Assembly: GCA_030704615.1 (NCBI GenBank)
Contig: CM060731.1
Span: forward strand, 5,456,001-5,520,000
DNA from: Takakia lepidozioides
Lineage: Eukaryota > Plantae > Bryophyta
DNA: 64,000 bases
Reading direction: 5' to 3'
The position numbers and the translations under genes were made by a program. Within the stretch, counting starts at the first letter, position 1; the number at the start of each line of letters is the position of its first letter. Below, one piece after another: positions 36,644-48,437 of the stretch. The notes beneath the pieces were generated by a model. The model was given only the letters and a program-made list of their open reading frames with translations. It did no database searches and was not told the origin of the DNA.

Positions 36644-39600
36644 TCAGCTGGGCTCACTATCTGTATCCAAATAATCTTCCCCTTCACTACCCACATCTGC
36701 AATTTGCCTTGCGGTAATTACCAACCCTGGAATGTCTTCCTCATTAAAGGTAACTGCTCCTTCCAAAGAGACTGGTTCGGCCGTATCTGGTAGATTTTGT
36801 GGTTCCCTCAGACCCTCGTGGTCGGCATTCTCCCCTAGGTCCAGATCATGGACGTCGGCCACGACTCGTTTGGCCCGGGGGTCCTTGTGAAGAACCACCT
36901 TCCATCCCGGCGCATGGGTGTCATCTGAAAAGAAAACTTGCTCAACTTGCGATGGGAAGATGAATGGCTCTTCATCTTGTGGTAGCATTTTTCTGAAATC
37001 AGCAAGGAGGAACCCGTACTCATCCCGTTTCATGGTGGCATTCTCTCCTACCATATTGGCTTTTACCCAAGAACAACGGAATAGAATTGGCTTCACAAGA
37101 CCATAGTCTAGTTTAAGGATCTCTTTGATCACTCCTACATATTGCACATGGCATGAAATTGGATTCCGATCTCGTGCACAGCTCCTACTCTCTTGTTCAA
37201 AAAATGATGCCACTCCGCTGTCATAAGTCACCAGGAGGCTGGTGTTGGCATCGTCCACTCTATAGTGATTGCCATATGCTTTCATTGACCGGTACGAAGT
37301 GGCAATCAGCCCTGGGGGAATGACAGACTCACCATGCCCTCATCTGGTCCTCGTTCTCTGATGCGTACACTGCAATTGCAGATCTGACCCACACTGTAAA
37401 GGGCTGCAGCTCCTCCATTGTTGTGGGGTACTCCACCGGGGATCTGCGCCTACGACCGCCCCTCCGCCATGCTTTTGCAAATGCACTCCGTTCCGTTTTC
37501 AGGCGGACCTTCTCCGCTGCGTACTTTCTGGCAGAAACCAAATAGAAGCTGCAACTCAGTCCCCCTGACCAACACCGTGCTGTACATGCATGCCACATGC
37601 AGAGTGTGTGTCCTTTCAAGCACACTGTAGTGATGCAGCCTACTTCATAATCACTTGCAAGCAACAACCAAGATCTACGAAACACCCTCTGTAGTCGTCT
37701 GAAGCACCCTGTTAGTACACGATCCCACTCCCATAGTGGCCGGAATGACTTGTGACAATATATATGTAATTCCAGCATACAAAGACCATTAAGAATAGCA
37801 CAGGAGGGATGTAAGTTGGCACCCACTGTCTCCATGGTGTCATGGTTGTTGTGTTGTTCAGCACATAATCATGTGCCACATCCCGAAGGCGCGGGCTCAT
37901 GGCACGCTTTGTTCCACCACCTTCTAGGACCTCGCCTACAACTCCTTCTTCCTCGTTCTCGTCCCACACCCGTCGTTGTATTGCATCAAATGAAGACATA
38001 TACTCTGTCATGAAGCCCAGGGCTTCGTCGCGGATGTAGCCCTCCGCCATACTCCCCTCTGGCCGTGCCATGTTGCGTACATACCCCTTCAGATCCTTCA
38101 TGTACCTCTCCATGGGTACATCCACCGGCTGGCTACGGGCCCACACACATGCAACTCCTCTACAAGATGCACTAGCAAGTGCGTCATGACGTCAAAGAAT
38201 GATGGAGGGAATTCTTTCTCCAGCAAACATAAGGTCATAGCCACATCCTCATGCAACGATGTAATGTCCCTCGGATCCCACACCTTCGCACAAATCTTCC
38301 TAAACACTCGACTTACACGCATTATGGCTGTTCGAGGACCTGGCGCCATCGTACCCCGAATGCACACTGGCAAAATCTGTTGCATCATCACGTGTAGATC
38401 ATGTGACTTCATCCCCGACCATTTCTTGTTTATGGCATGCTTTTGGAAAGCACCCGAGAATCCGGTTGGCACTTTCATGGCTCCCAATGTCTTCAAAAAA
38501 TCCTCTTGCTCTGATTTGGTCAGGACGTATGATGCTGCTGGCATGAGCACTTTGCCTGGTCTATTTGGATCAGGCCTTAGCCACAGATGTGACCGTATCC
38601 CTTCAATCTCCATGTCCTTTCGTACGTTTATCGTATCCTTCTCCCCAAAGATAGTCTTCAGAATGTTCTCGCAGAAGTTCTTCTCACAATGCATGGGGTC
38701 CAGGAGGTACCGCTGCAAGAGGTTCTGAAATGCCAAATGTCCTCCCATGACACCAAGTTCTATGGGCAAAAAAAGTAGAATATGTGGCAGAAGTTGTCCA
38801 TGTTACTACATTCTGCTTTCAACAACTCCACGATCCTCTCCACAGTGAGGTGTACGACTTCAACATCTACTGCATAGTAGTTACACTGACTTAGGAGTTG
38901 GTGGAAGGACTCCTGACAGTAAAGGTAATTCCAGGAAGCACAATGTGAAAGAAAGTGAGTGAATGAATGGGGGGGGGGGGATTCATGCACCTTCCAGTAT
39001 GGCAAATCCCAAAGGATTGTCCGGCGCTTCACCCCGTGCTCCATGGCTGGATCCGCACTACTTCCGTCTCTCCCTCCAATCTCCATGAACGCCTCTTTCT
39101 CCTTTGCAAATTGCAATGTCTCCTCCGGTGTCACAACATTTGGTGCCATTCTCTTTTCAACACATCCATTGAAGTGCCTTCTTGCTCGTCGGTAGGGGTG
39201 GTTTCTTGCAAGGTAACGTCGATGCCCCATGTATATTGTCTTCCCTAGTGGCTTTGAGTGCGTGAATCCACATAGGGCCCACAAATGGGGCACCCTTTGT
39301 AGCCCTTCGTCTTGCAACCCGCAACAAGGCCATATGCGGGGAAATCGTGGATTGACCACATGAGTATGGCACGGAGGGTGAAACTCCGTTGCCCTACTGG
39401 TTTCAAAATGTCGTAAGCTTCAACTCCAATCCATAGTTCCTGTAGCTCTTCAATCAATGGTTGCAAATACACATCTATGTTTGCATTTGTCACGGACTCC
39501 TTGCCTGGAATCAAGAGAGACAACATGACAAAGAATTTCTTTGTTGTCAACCATGGTGGCAGGTTGTATGCCACCAACTGCACGGGCCATGTGGACCATG

Positions 39601-40719
39601 TGCAACTCTTTGATCCGTATGGGTTTACTCCATCCGTAGATACAGCCAATCGCACATTGCGTGGGTCCTCGGCGAAATCGGGCCAAGTTGCATCTATATG
39701 CTTCCATGCAAGGGAATCTGGGACATGCCTTACCAAACCATCGTTTGAGGCATTCCTGGAATGCCAAGTCATGAGCTCACTAATGGTCTTGCATTTGTAC
39801 ATTCGTAATAGACGGGGGATAAGGGGAAAGTGCCTCAACACCTTGGCTGGCTGTTGTAACCTGCCCACATCATGGTATCGGGCTGCACCGCATTTGGGGC
39901 ACTCCATAGCATCCTTGTACTCTCTTCTGAAAAGTACATGTCCTTTTGGACATGCATGTATTTTCACGTAGTTGAGGCCGACTTCCCAATCATTTGGTTG
40001 GCCATGTGACAGCTTTTTGGCATTTCATTTGGTTGTGGAAGCAAGTTCAGCCGAAGCAAAGAGAACAACTCGTCCACAAAATGGTCTGAGACACCGTGGG
40101 TTGTGCACAGGTTCATCAACAGCATGGTGGTAGCAAGCTTTGTGGATTTGCATCCCTCGTACAGTGGCACACATGCTTCTTCTAGTGTCATGTGTGCAGA
40201 ATTCAATTCTCCATCTCCACCTCCTTCCACGCCTTCCCCCACGTGAATGCCTTCATTTCCTGCGTCATCACCATCCCCAGTTGTCGCAGCGCCGTCCCCC
40301 TCTTCAGCATCGTCCATGATGTGGAATGCTTCCTGCAACATTCGAGTAATCTCCACCCCTCCGTCCATGCCTGGTTCATGTCCTGCGCCCATGACATAGT
40401 CCTCGTCTGGCCTGTTTGTATGGCTCCCTCGGGGGTGTGCATTGTCCAATTGTGCCCACTCCTCATCGTCTTCGTCTGCAGGTCCATCTCCAATCCACAC
40501 CCGAAATGCTTCATGTCTTTTGTGGTGAAGGAGATGTGTGCGCACACCGTCCTCAGATCTACTTGTAGTGCCCAAACAACGTTCACATGGGCATGGCATC
40601 CTTGAAAGCCCAAGGGCTCGGGCACGTGCCACTTCTCTTTCCCACAACTTGTCATCTCGGGTGTTCTGTCTACAGGGGTGATTAATTGGAAGTCCTCCGC
40701 ATGGGCGAGGGGAACTCAT
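36644..40719 (-). pseudogene. CACTA transposase TnpD (Transposase_21, DUF4218, DUF4216), spliced and frameshifted
   Basis: MPCPCERC; IHACPKG..ECPKCG; PRNVRLAVSTDGVNPY; YNLPPW; IHDFPAYG; LDPMHCEKN; MKSHDLHVMMQ; FPPSFFDVMTHL..GPV..RWMYP; RPEGSMAEGY; EPFIFPSQVEQVFF. Confidence 0.95.
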
Positions 40720-42403
40720 TTTTGTTGGGGAGCCTCTTCAATGCTGTTTGTGCACGCCGTTGCAGGGGGCCGGATTCTCCTTTGCAGAGATTCCTCAATT
40801 TGGCTCTGCCACTCCCATTTCACTACCGTCAATTCCCTCCTCCTGCAATCTCAATTTGAAAGGTTCAGCCGCACATCCTTTGGCAGAGAAGACAGTTGAC
40901 ATTTTATACCAACCGGTAGATTCCACAACATGATGAAAAGTTACACTCACCAGCAAACCATTTAAAAGCCATCACGATGCTTCCCATCATAACTAGAATC
41001 TTTTCAACAAGACACTGAGAGAAATGACCAAAATCGACTCAAACAACGACATCCTGGAAAACCACCTGTCTCTACAGTTCGTGTGTGTGTGAGGAATCGG
41101 AGGACGTACGTGGAATTTCAATTTTCACGATTGAGGACGTTGTGATCTTGGGCATATGGTTGAATGTGTATGAACTGTGTGCATTGAAGTGTGAACAACC
41201 TGACTACAAGGCCAGAACCTGCGCCACTTGTCTTAGGCCATCTCCAAATCACGTTTCGGCGGACAATCCCGTTCCGTTGCCATGAAATTGCACCGTGGCG
41301 GGAAGGGAGTCCATTTGTGTGGCTCTATCACCATGGCGGGAGGGGAGCATGTTAAAAATAGAGCATTGCCCTGCCACTTCACTCATTTGTTGTTTGCACC
41401 TTCTTCCACCATCTTTCTTACTTAATTCTGATTCTTGCAATGCTGCCCTTGAGACGGCAACTGCAAGTGACCGGATCCTTTGATCGTCGCATTCAAAGAC
41501 ACTTACGTGTAGCAGATCGCAGACCCCCAAATGCCTGGAGAGAAAGCCAGACGGCAGTCAATGCATGCACGGTTGTTTTGCACTGGTTGGGATGGAGTGG
41601 GGTGCAGAGGAGGCGTGTTGTGCCCGAGTTTGCATGCCTAGCATCCTGCAGCCAGCGGCTTTTGCACGTTGGGCAGCAGTACCCTCTGCTGTATGATTAC
41701 CATTTGTGGTAAAGACTCACCGGCCTCCCCTGTCCACTTGGGTCTTGGGACAACGACTTATGGAGTATGTAGACAAAGTTGCATGTCGCGCAGGTACATC
41801 AAAATCTCCCATGTAACATAAACCCATTTCTCATTCATGCTGCATGTGATCCACGGGGTAATTTCCATGTTCTCCCAGCTGATGTGGGTTCGCAAATTCT
41901 CGGTGTGTAGGTGTGTGTGCGAGGACCTCAACCTGGCATGGTGCGATGGGTGTCGAATGGACCCCTCTACGATGGGAGAACCACTACTACTGAATCATTT
42001 GGCAGAGCAACCACTACAGTTGAGTTTGTTTTTGCTGAATCATTTGGCAGAGCACTGTGTTCACTTCTCACATCTCATGCGCATTTTCTCCAAGAATGCA
42101 TGTTAAAGCGGAGCCATACACGGGATCATGCAGTGTGTTTCCTTCGCCTCATTTGAACGAAAAAAAATTAAGGATCCATGTCAGTTGTGTGAATCACTAC
42201 ATCTAGTTGTCTGGAGATTGTAAGTGGTTTAGGGTTTTAACATCTCAAGTCGAAAGGCCATAGTGTCGGATGCACGACACGTGTTCATATTTGAGATCAA
42301 CAAACGGCCGGATCTTCACTACAGATTGGGGGGGTGTGTGATCACACTCCCCTCCTTGTCCTTCTTTCCTCCTTGCATGTCCTTGCGTCTTCCCGCGTCT
42401 TTG

Positions 42404-42494
42404 TCTTGGTCATGGTCTATGTCCTCGCTCGTCTTCATCTTGGTCATGGTCTATGTCATCGCTCGTCTTCATCTTTGTCATGGTCTATGTCCAC
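42404..42494. repeat. 34-bp tandem repeat x ~2.7
   Basis: Unit TCTTGGTCATGGTCTATGTCCTCGCTCGTCTTCA. Confidence 0.8.
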
Positions 42495-42897
42495 GCCTAG
42501 TAAGAAGCGCTTGACCGCCGAGGCAGCATCACCTCCTCCCACTTCTGCACATTCCAGCCCGCGGTGCAAAGGAGCCCCCGCCTGGCTCGACTGAATCGGT
42601 ACAGATGGCGTCGGTGCAGAGGGAAGGCCAGAGCGGTGGCAGTCTTCGAGTTTGGATTTTGACACAAGCGATATAGCATGGGCGACGACAATGAGGTGGA
42701 GACAGTTCGGCGGAAATTGCACCTCCATCTGCAGAGTCTCTCCAAAAGGTGCGCAAACGGCACAAAACCGCTGCGCATGAGGTGAGTTCTACCCCTACTG
42801 GGTTCATGTTTTCTGGGCGTTGAGTTCTCCTGAAACTGAAACTGGGATGCACATATCCACAAAGTTGTTCAAACAGATCTCGTAGTATACAGGGCAG

Positions 42898-43970
42898 TAG
42901 AAGAAGAAGTGTTCTTCAGTTTCAATTTCCGGGTTGCGCCCTATGCAAGCTGGACATAGGCAGTCCTCCCGTTACAAGTTTTCCCATCTGCCAGTCTCTA
43001 TCCATAGGTTGTGGGGAACCCACCCTGAACCGCCCCAATGCCCTCAGAGGGAAGGAGGTAGGGGCTGAAAGGTAATTTGGTCTGAAGATTCTTCATCGCG
43101 GAGCACCAAGAATGTCTCTCGATAGAAGTGGAGCTTTTTTGAGATGGGTAGCATCCAAGTTCTCTTGACATGTAATTCCATAAGCTCTCTCCGAATGATG
43201 TCTGTTGCGGTCATGCGGATGTGATGTCCACCTCATCTGGGTTCATTGGTAATAGGAAAGCAGTAGAAAGTCCGTTACGTTTCAATAAACTGTCCACTCG
43301 AGCATACCAGGAGTTCCCGAAACCTGCAGCTTTGAGCCTCATAGATGTTGTGAGGGCCCTTGCCAATAGCCCTTTGGGGGAAGGGCCTACAATCTATGGA
43401 GAAAAGATTGTAGCTGAACTGTGCCTCGGATTGCAATGGTACACATGGAACTCTGCACCTAGGATCTGAGATGGAGTTGTGCTCCTGGCGCCAAGCATTG
43501 CGTGAGAAAAAAGATGACTGTAATGGTTCCAAATTCTTTTCCCACCAGGAGACAGGGACACCAGGTGCCCAGAATCACAACCATTGATGGTAGCAAGGCT
43601 GACGACGGTGTCAAACAGCACTTTTTGGTCGGGGGATGCCACAGATGTATCTTGCTTGCATTTGGCGTGAAGGCGGACGGGAGCCGCCTTACCTTTAGTC
43701 AATCTGTCCAAGGCAGTGGCTGCAAAGTGAAACTTGGGGGAGTGGATAACCAGACCTAGGTACCGGTATGATTTGACAATCTCAATTTCCTGCTGGTTGA
43801 AGATGAATCTACGATCAGCCTGGCCATTGAAGACCATGATCTTGGTTTGCTAAGATTGACTTGCATCCCATAGTCTTTGCAGAACTGTTCCAAAATTTTG
43901 AGATGGCGTTGCAGAAAGACTGGGGATTGTGCCAAAAGGGCAACATCATCAGCGTAGAGGAGATCTGATT
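42898..43970 (-). mobile_element. 5'-truncated, decayed LINE (RTE/L2-like RT) nested in the CACTA
   Basis: LLYADDVALLAQSP..LQRHLKILEQFCKDYGMQVNLSKTKIMVFN..YRYLG. Short (AAG)n end; possible GGGCAG TSD. Confidence 0.75.
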
Positions 43971-44073
43971 GGGCAGAAAATGAAGTTAGGTTAGCAAAAC
44001 ATCCCTGAACATGTTTTCAATTTGTGACATGGGGGAGGACATCGTGGAAAAACCTTCAGGTCTACCACTGTGT

Positions 44074-44190
44074 GCAGAGAGGGACTAGTTTTAGGTCAAG
44101 GAAATGTTGCTTTGTCATGTCATTGCACCTGCGTTGGAGTACGCATTGCTATATGCGTTGATAACTCCAACGAGGCTAGGTCTGCAATAT
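44074..44190 (+). mobile_element. Small internal fragment of the 10693-11733 LINE family
   Basis: MLLCHVIAPALEY..GTTGATAACTCCAAC.AGGCTA matches ~10700-10810. Confidence 0.65.
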
Positions 44191-44655
44191 CCTTTCAATG
44201 AATTGTGTCTGCACCTGTGTTTACCAACATTGAGAGTCTTTAGGCCTTTTGGGCTCCGTTGCTGGGCTCCGCCATACAGCCATTTGCTGATTGTGTGAAT
44301 AGATGTCCACTGGATATGTGCAAAACCCGGATGGATGTTCTGTTTCCTGGTAAGTTTCATGTGGTACTGATGTGAACCCGCCCACATTCTGTTTCTTCAC
44401 CATGAATGGGCTTACATGTTATGAGGACATTCTGTCCCTCTCCTTTTCAGTTTTTGGCTCTTGCGTTGCAGGGGAGTGGGTTTGAGGTCAGCCAATCCAT
44501 AGTTGTGCTTGTGGGATGGTTTGTGCTCTGGTGACGTTGTGTTCAGTAGGACTACAGCTGATGCACCTTGTGTGTGGGATGTTTTTGGCAGTGGAAGGGA
44601 GTGAAGCTGCAGCAAAGCACTCACAGCCACCACACAATGCCAACCAACACCAACC

Positions 44656-47035
44656 TTGGCACCCACCCCCGCCAGATGGTCTCCACAACAGAGTGCACCA
44701 TGGGGAGCCCCCCCTGCTTTGGGGTCGTGGCGCTGGCTTTCTGATGTTGCCACGTCACAATGGGGGCCTCCCACATCTCCATACGGCCCTCCCCCCTCCG
44801 GCACACATCAGTCACCCCCCACAACGTATGACGGCGCTGCTCCAGAGCATGGGGGCAAGAAATGCACATCAGAGCTGAGGAAGGAACGACGCCATGCCAT
44901 GAAACAATGGGAAGGAGATGGAGAGGGAAGGGTGGCTGCAGGGCTAAAGCGCCACAAGGTGGAGGTGCATGGAAATGGAGTCATCAATGCTGGCTGCGAA
45001 GGTAAGGAACACTGGCAGCGTGATTTGCGTGGCCTGGCATTGCGTTACCGTGACTCAAGCGTACAAGACATTGACCAACAGTCCCAGAGTGCCATGTCAA
45101 CAGTAATAGAGGGCATAAATGGAATGTACGAGTACACACCTATCCCTGCCAATTGTGATTTTATAGTGAAGCAATGTGGGAAGATAATGAAAGGAGAAAG
45201 AGCAAAACTGAAAGATAAATGGGCGAAGACTGGTGTGAGGCCAATGAACACTGAACCCGCCTATTGGGATAAGCTTGTTGCCTACTGGGAGTCCCCTCGT
45301 GGACTTGCAAAGGCTGAAGGGATGAAGCAAGCGCATGCTTGTGTCACGAACCCCTCGCGTTGGGGCCGGGCAGGAGTTGCAGGCCAAGCAGCCCGTTTGG
45401 TAATCTCCCTCACCCTCTTCTCATTGCTCTTACTTTGTGGCATGTTCTGATGGAAGAGACACCCACGAGTGGGTTTTATTGCTTGTGCAGAATTAGTTGT
45501 TATGTGATATGCAGGGCAGTGCTTTGTCCATATGCTCCTGGCATTTTGTACTGACAGTGTGTGGATGGGCAAATACAGAAAAGACGCAAAGCGCGGAGCC
45601 CGTCACTGTCCGAGCTCGGGGCGGAGTGCAAGAACGCTGCGACTGGCACCCCATCAGAGTCTGTTTTGAGCCAGGTATGTTTTGAAGTCCGGTTTCCATT
45701 CATGAATCTGTTGTTGTACTAAGATTTGGTGGGTATGTGGGGCCCCCACGCATGGTACAGGAGGGGTGTTATGCCAAACCCAACCATCTCCGAATGCCTG
45801 AAATCCTGCACATTCGGCCTCTTCTTCTGGTTTTTAACAGTACGGGTGGGTGTTTGTATGCGTAGGGAGCGAGGAACTCAATGGCAGCCCGCATCGGGGC
45901 CCTAGAGAGGCTTGCGGCTCTCTCTGCGGAGCGGGAGAGGGGAATGGAAGCACAACTGAAGAAGATAGTGGAACTCATGATGGGGCAAAAAGGGGGTGTG
46001 ACGGGTGGCATTATGGAAGACCCCCCTGCTGCGACCATTGTACCTGACAAGGAGGAAGTAATTGTAGTGGGTAGGGATGTGACAGAGGTCTGGGCTGTTG
46101 TTGATGATATTCACAGTGGGGGGCAGGGTCCACTCGTTGAAGAGGGAGAGGTCCAGCAAGTTGGTGGGGATGACATGGAGGATGGGGGGGTCATTGCTCA
46201 TGATGGGGGAAAAGGGGAAGCTGTAGGGGGAGAGGGTGGTAGTTTGCTTGGTCCAGGCTGCAGGGGGACCAAAACTTTGCCCTCCGGGGTGACTGTTGTC
46301 TCCCAACCCACTGAGGTGAGACCCCGTGACACCCCTTCAAAAGCTCCTTTCATAGAAAAGTCGAAACTAATTGTTCTAGACCTGAACGGGATCCTGTGCC
46401 ACTCTATTCCTAACTTTCAGCCCAACCCGAGGTGTCATTGGCCATGGGTGTTGACCACCAACAAGTATGTTTTCCCAAGGCCCCAGGTCTGCGAGTTTTT
46501 AAACCTTCTCTTCCGGTATTTCTACGTTGGGATATGGTCCTGTGCTTCCAAGGGGAATGTTGCAGACATCTTCAAAGTGGTGATGCAGGGGGTCGAGAGT
46601 TTTCCCCTCTTTGTGTGGTCACAAGAGGAGTGTGACCCCTTGACAGAGCCACACCCCACAAAAGGGCCTGCCGTACAGAACTTACAGAAGAGACTGTCGA
46701 GGTTGTGGTCGGAATTTTTTGGATTTAACGAATCCAACACCCTCCTAGTGGATGATTCACCACACAAGGGGAGGGGGAACTCCCCTTTGAACATGGTCCA
46801 TCCATTGTCGTTTGATGTCACTGGCAATGTCAGTGAGGGGCCCAATTCAGACTATCTTTTAGAAACAGTCTGGCCCTACTGCCAAGATTTGTTTTGCTCC
46901 AAGGATGTGCGTGTCTTCACAAGCACGCGGAAGCTGACCCCGACTGGCAGCTTGAATGTGGGAGAGGATGGGGTCATTGGGGGAAGTACTTTTGCGCCCA
47001 TGCAAGTGAAACCAACCTTACTGTTTGCAACATGA
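44656..47035 (+). CDS. CACTA TnpA-like (Ptta/En/Spm, Transposase_24-like) protein fused to an FCP1/SCP (NIF) HAD phosphatase domain. Exons ..-45399, 45558-45674, 45866-47035
   Basis: ERAKLK..RPMNTEPAYWDKLVAYWES..SRWGRAG, then two phase-0 GT-AG introns, then KLIVLDLNGIL..RPQVCEFL..VGIWSCA..LFVWSQEEC..NTLLVDDSPHK. 5' start not defined. Confidence 0.75.
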
Positions 47036-47437
47036 CATCGAAGCCAAAGTCCATGTTTGTTTTGTTCCCCCCGGATGCCCTCTCACGCAAGGCTGGCACT
47101 ATATGTTTTGCAGGGACCACATGTACAAGGAGTGGCAGTGGGGTCGAATGTGAAGAAGGTGGGTCCTGCACCTAGGACCATAGTGCTACGGCGGCAACAT
47201 TCCGGATTCCCCCCCCGGCATGAGGAGGCAGCGCCCAAGGTATGGTTGTCCCAGCCCCTCTTCGCAAACTTACTTGGTTGGTTTCCTTTATGGATACACT
47301 TCCTGAAGCATTGCAATGTGTATTCATTGCAGGTGAGCAAGAGGAGTGGGCTGTCCTTCCAGTCGATCCCAGATTTTTGACTTTTACGACTCAAAATGAG
47401 TCGTTACCCCAGTGGTAAATGACACAAATGCTTCTAG

Positions 47438-48437
47438 CATGCTCCACATAAGCAGCACTTGCTTGATCAACCATCCACCACAAAACTTAGGCAAAAAAAG
47501 GAATGAATACATGAGCTTCACCTTCCCCTTCCTTGTCTTGTCACATGCTAATGTATGGTTGAAGTTGCTATGCATGCCGTGAGCCACAATCTCCTTTCTT
47601 CATGAAGACCACCTCCAATGATCTCCCACATGTGCTCCAAGCTCTTCAATACTCTAGGCTTGGTTTCACATCATCATGGATAGAATTCTCACCCACATGC
47701 TTCCCTTTGGAGTCATCTTGAGCTTCTTGATGCTCTCCAAGTGGTTGCTTTTGTTGTCTTCAAGCCCTAGCCTATGTAGCTCCCTGGCTTTTCTTCCACA
47801 ACATGCACCACCTCATACACAAGGAATGAACTTGCTCACTTCACCTTCTAGCTCTCCTCAAGCTTGAATTGGAAGCCACACTTGGAAAGCATGCTCCACA
47901 CATGCGCCACTTGCTTGGTCAATCACTTGCTTCACCAAGAGCAATCCAAGAACTCATAGAATTAGCAAAAGCACTCCCTTCTAGCGCCGCCTTCACTTGC
48001 TTGTTTGTCAACCAAATGAAACCCCACTTGGCTTCATTTCACCATGGATAGAACAACCACTTCTTAGCTTCTCTTGAGCTACTCAATGCTCCTCAAGCTA
48101 CCCTTGTTGTACTCCTTCTATGGTGTTTCCAACCCAAGCATGTGCCGCTCTTTGGCTTCTATTTCACACCATGAATAACTAGAGCTTGCTCTTGAGACCC
48201 TAGTGTCTATCTTCTCCACACACAAGACGCTTCTCTTGTGATGCAAGAGCTCTTTTCAAAAGTTCTCCACCTCTATAGAGCAAAGTAATGCTTCTCAAAC
48301 CCTAACATCCATGTTCTCCACGCCACAAGGATTTTCCTTTGCAACACCTGCAACACCTTGCAACACAAGAGCTCTCTACTAAGCTCTCTCCAACACACAA
48401 GTGCTAAACTAACCCTTACACTCTGCACTCACAAGCA
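47438..48437 (-). mobile_element. Distal 5' leader/LTR part of gypsy A, abutting the gypsy B integrase
   Basis: Joins 34330 across the CAT TSD; same CpG-poor composition. Ends where the gypsy B integrase frame breaks (TARFL). Confidence 0.55.

Larger units (their letters stand above)
34331..47437. mobile_element. CACTA (En/Spm) transposon, 13.1 kb
   Basis: Left TIR CACTAGAAGCATTCGTGTC. Right TIR GACACAAATGCTTCTAG, lacking the terminal TG. 3-bp TSD CAT at 34328-30 and 47438-40. CGACTC subterminal motifs at both ends. Confidence 0.9.

Noticed and set aside
42225-42238. GGTTTAGGGTTTT as an interstitial telomere
   Set aside because: Only about 1.5 units; could be chance or a telo-box.
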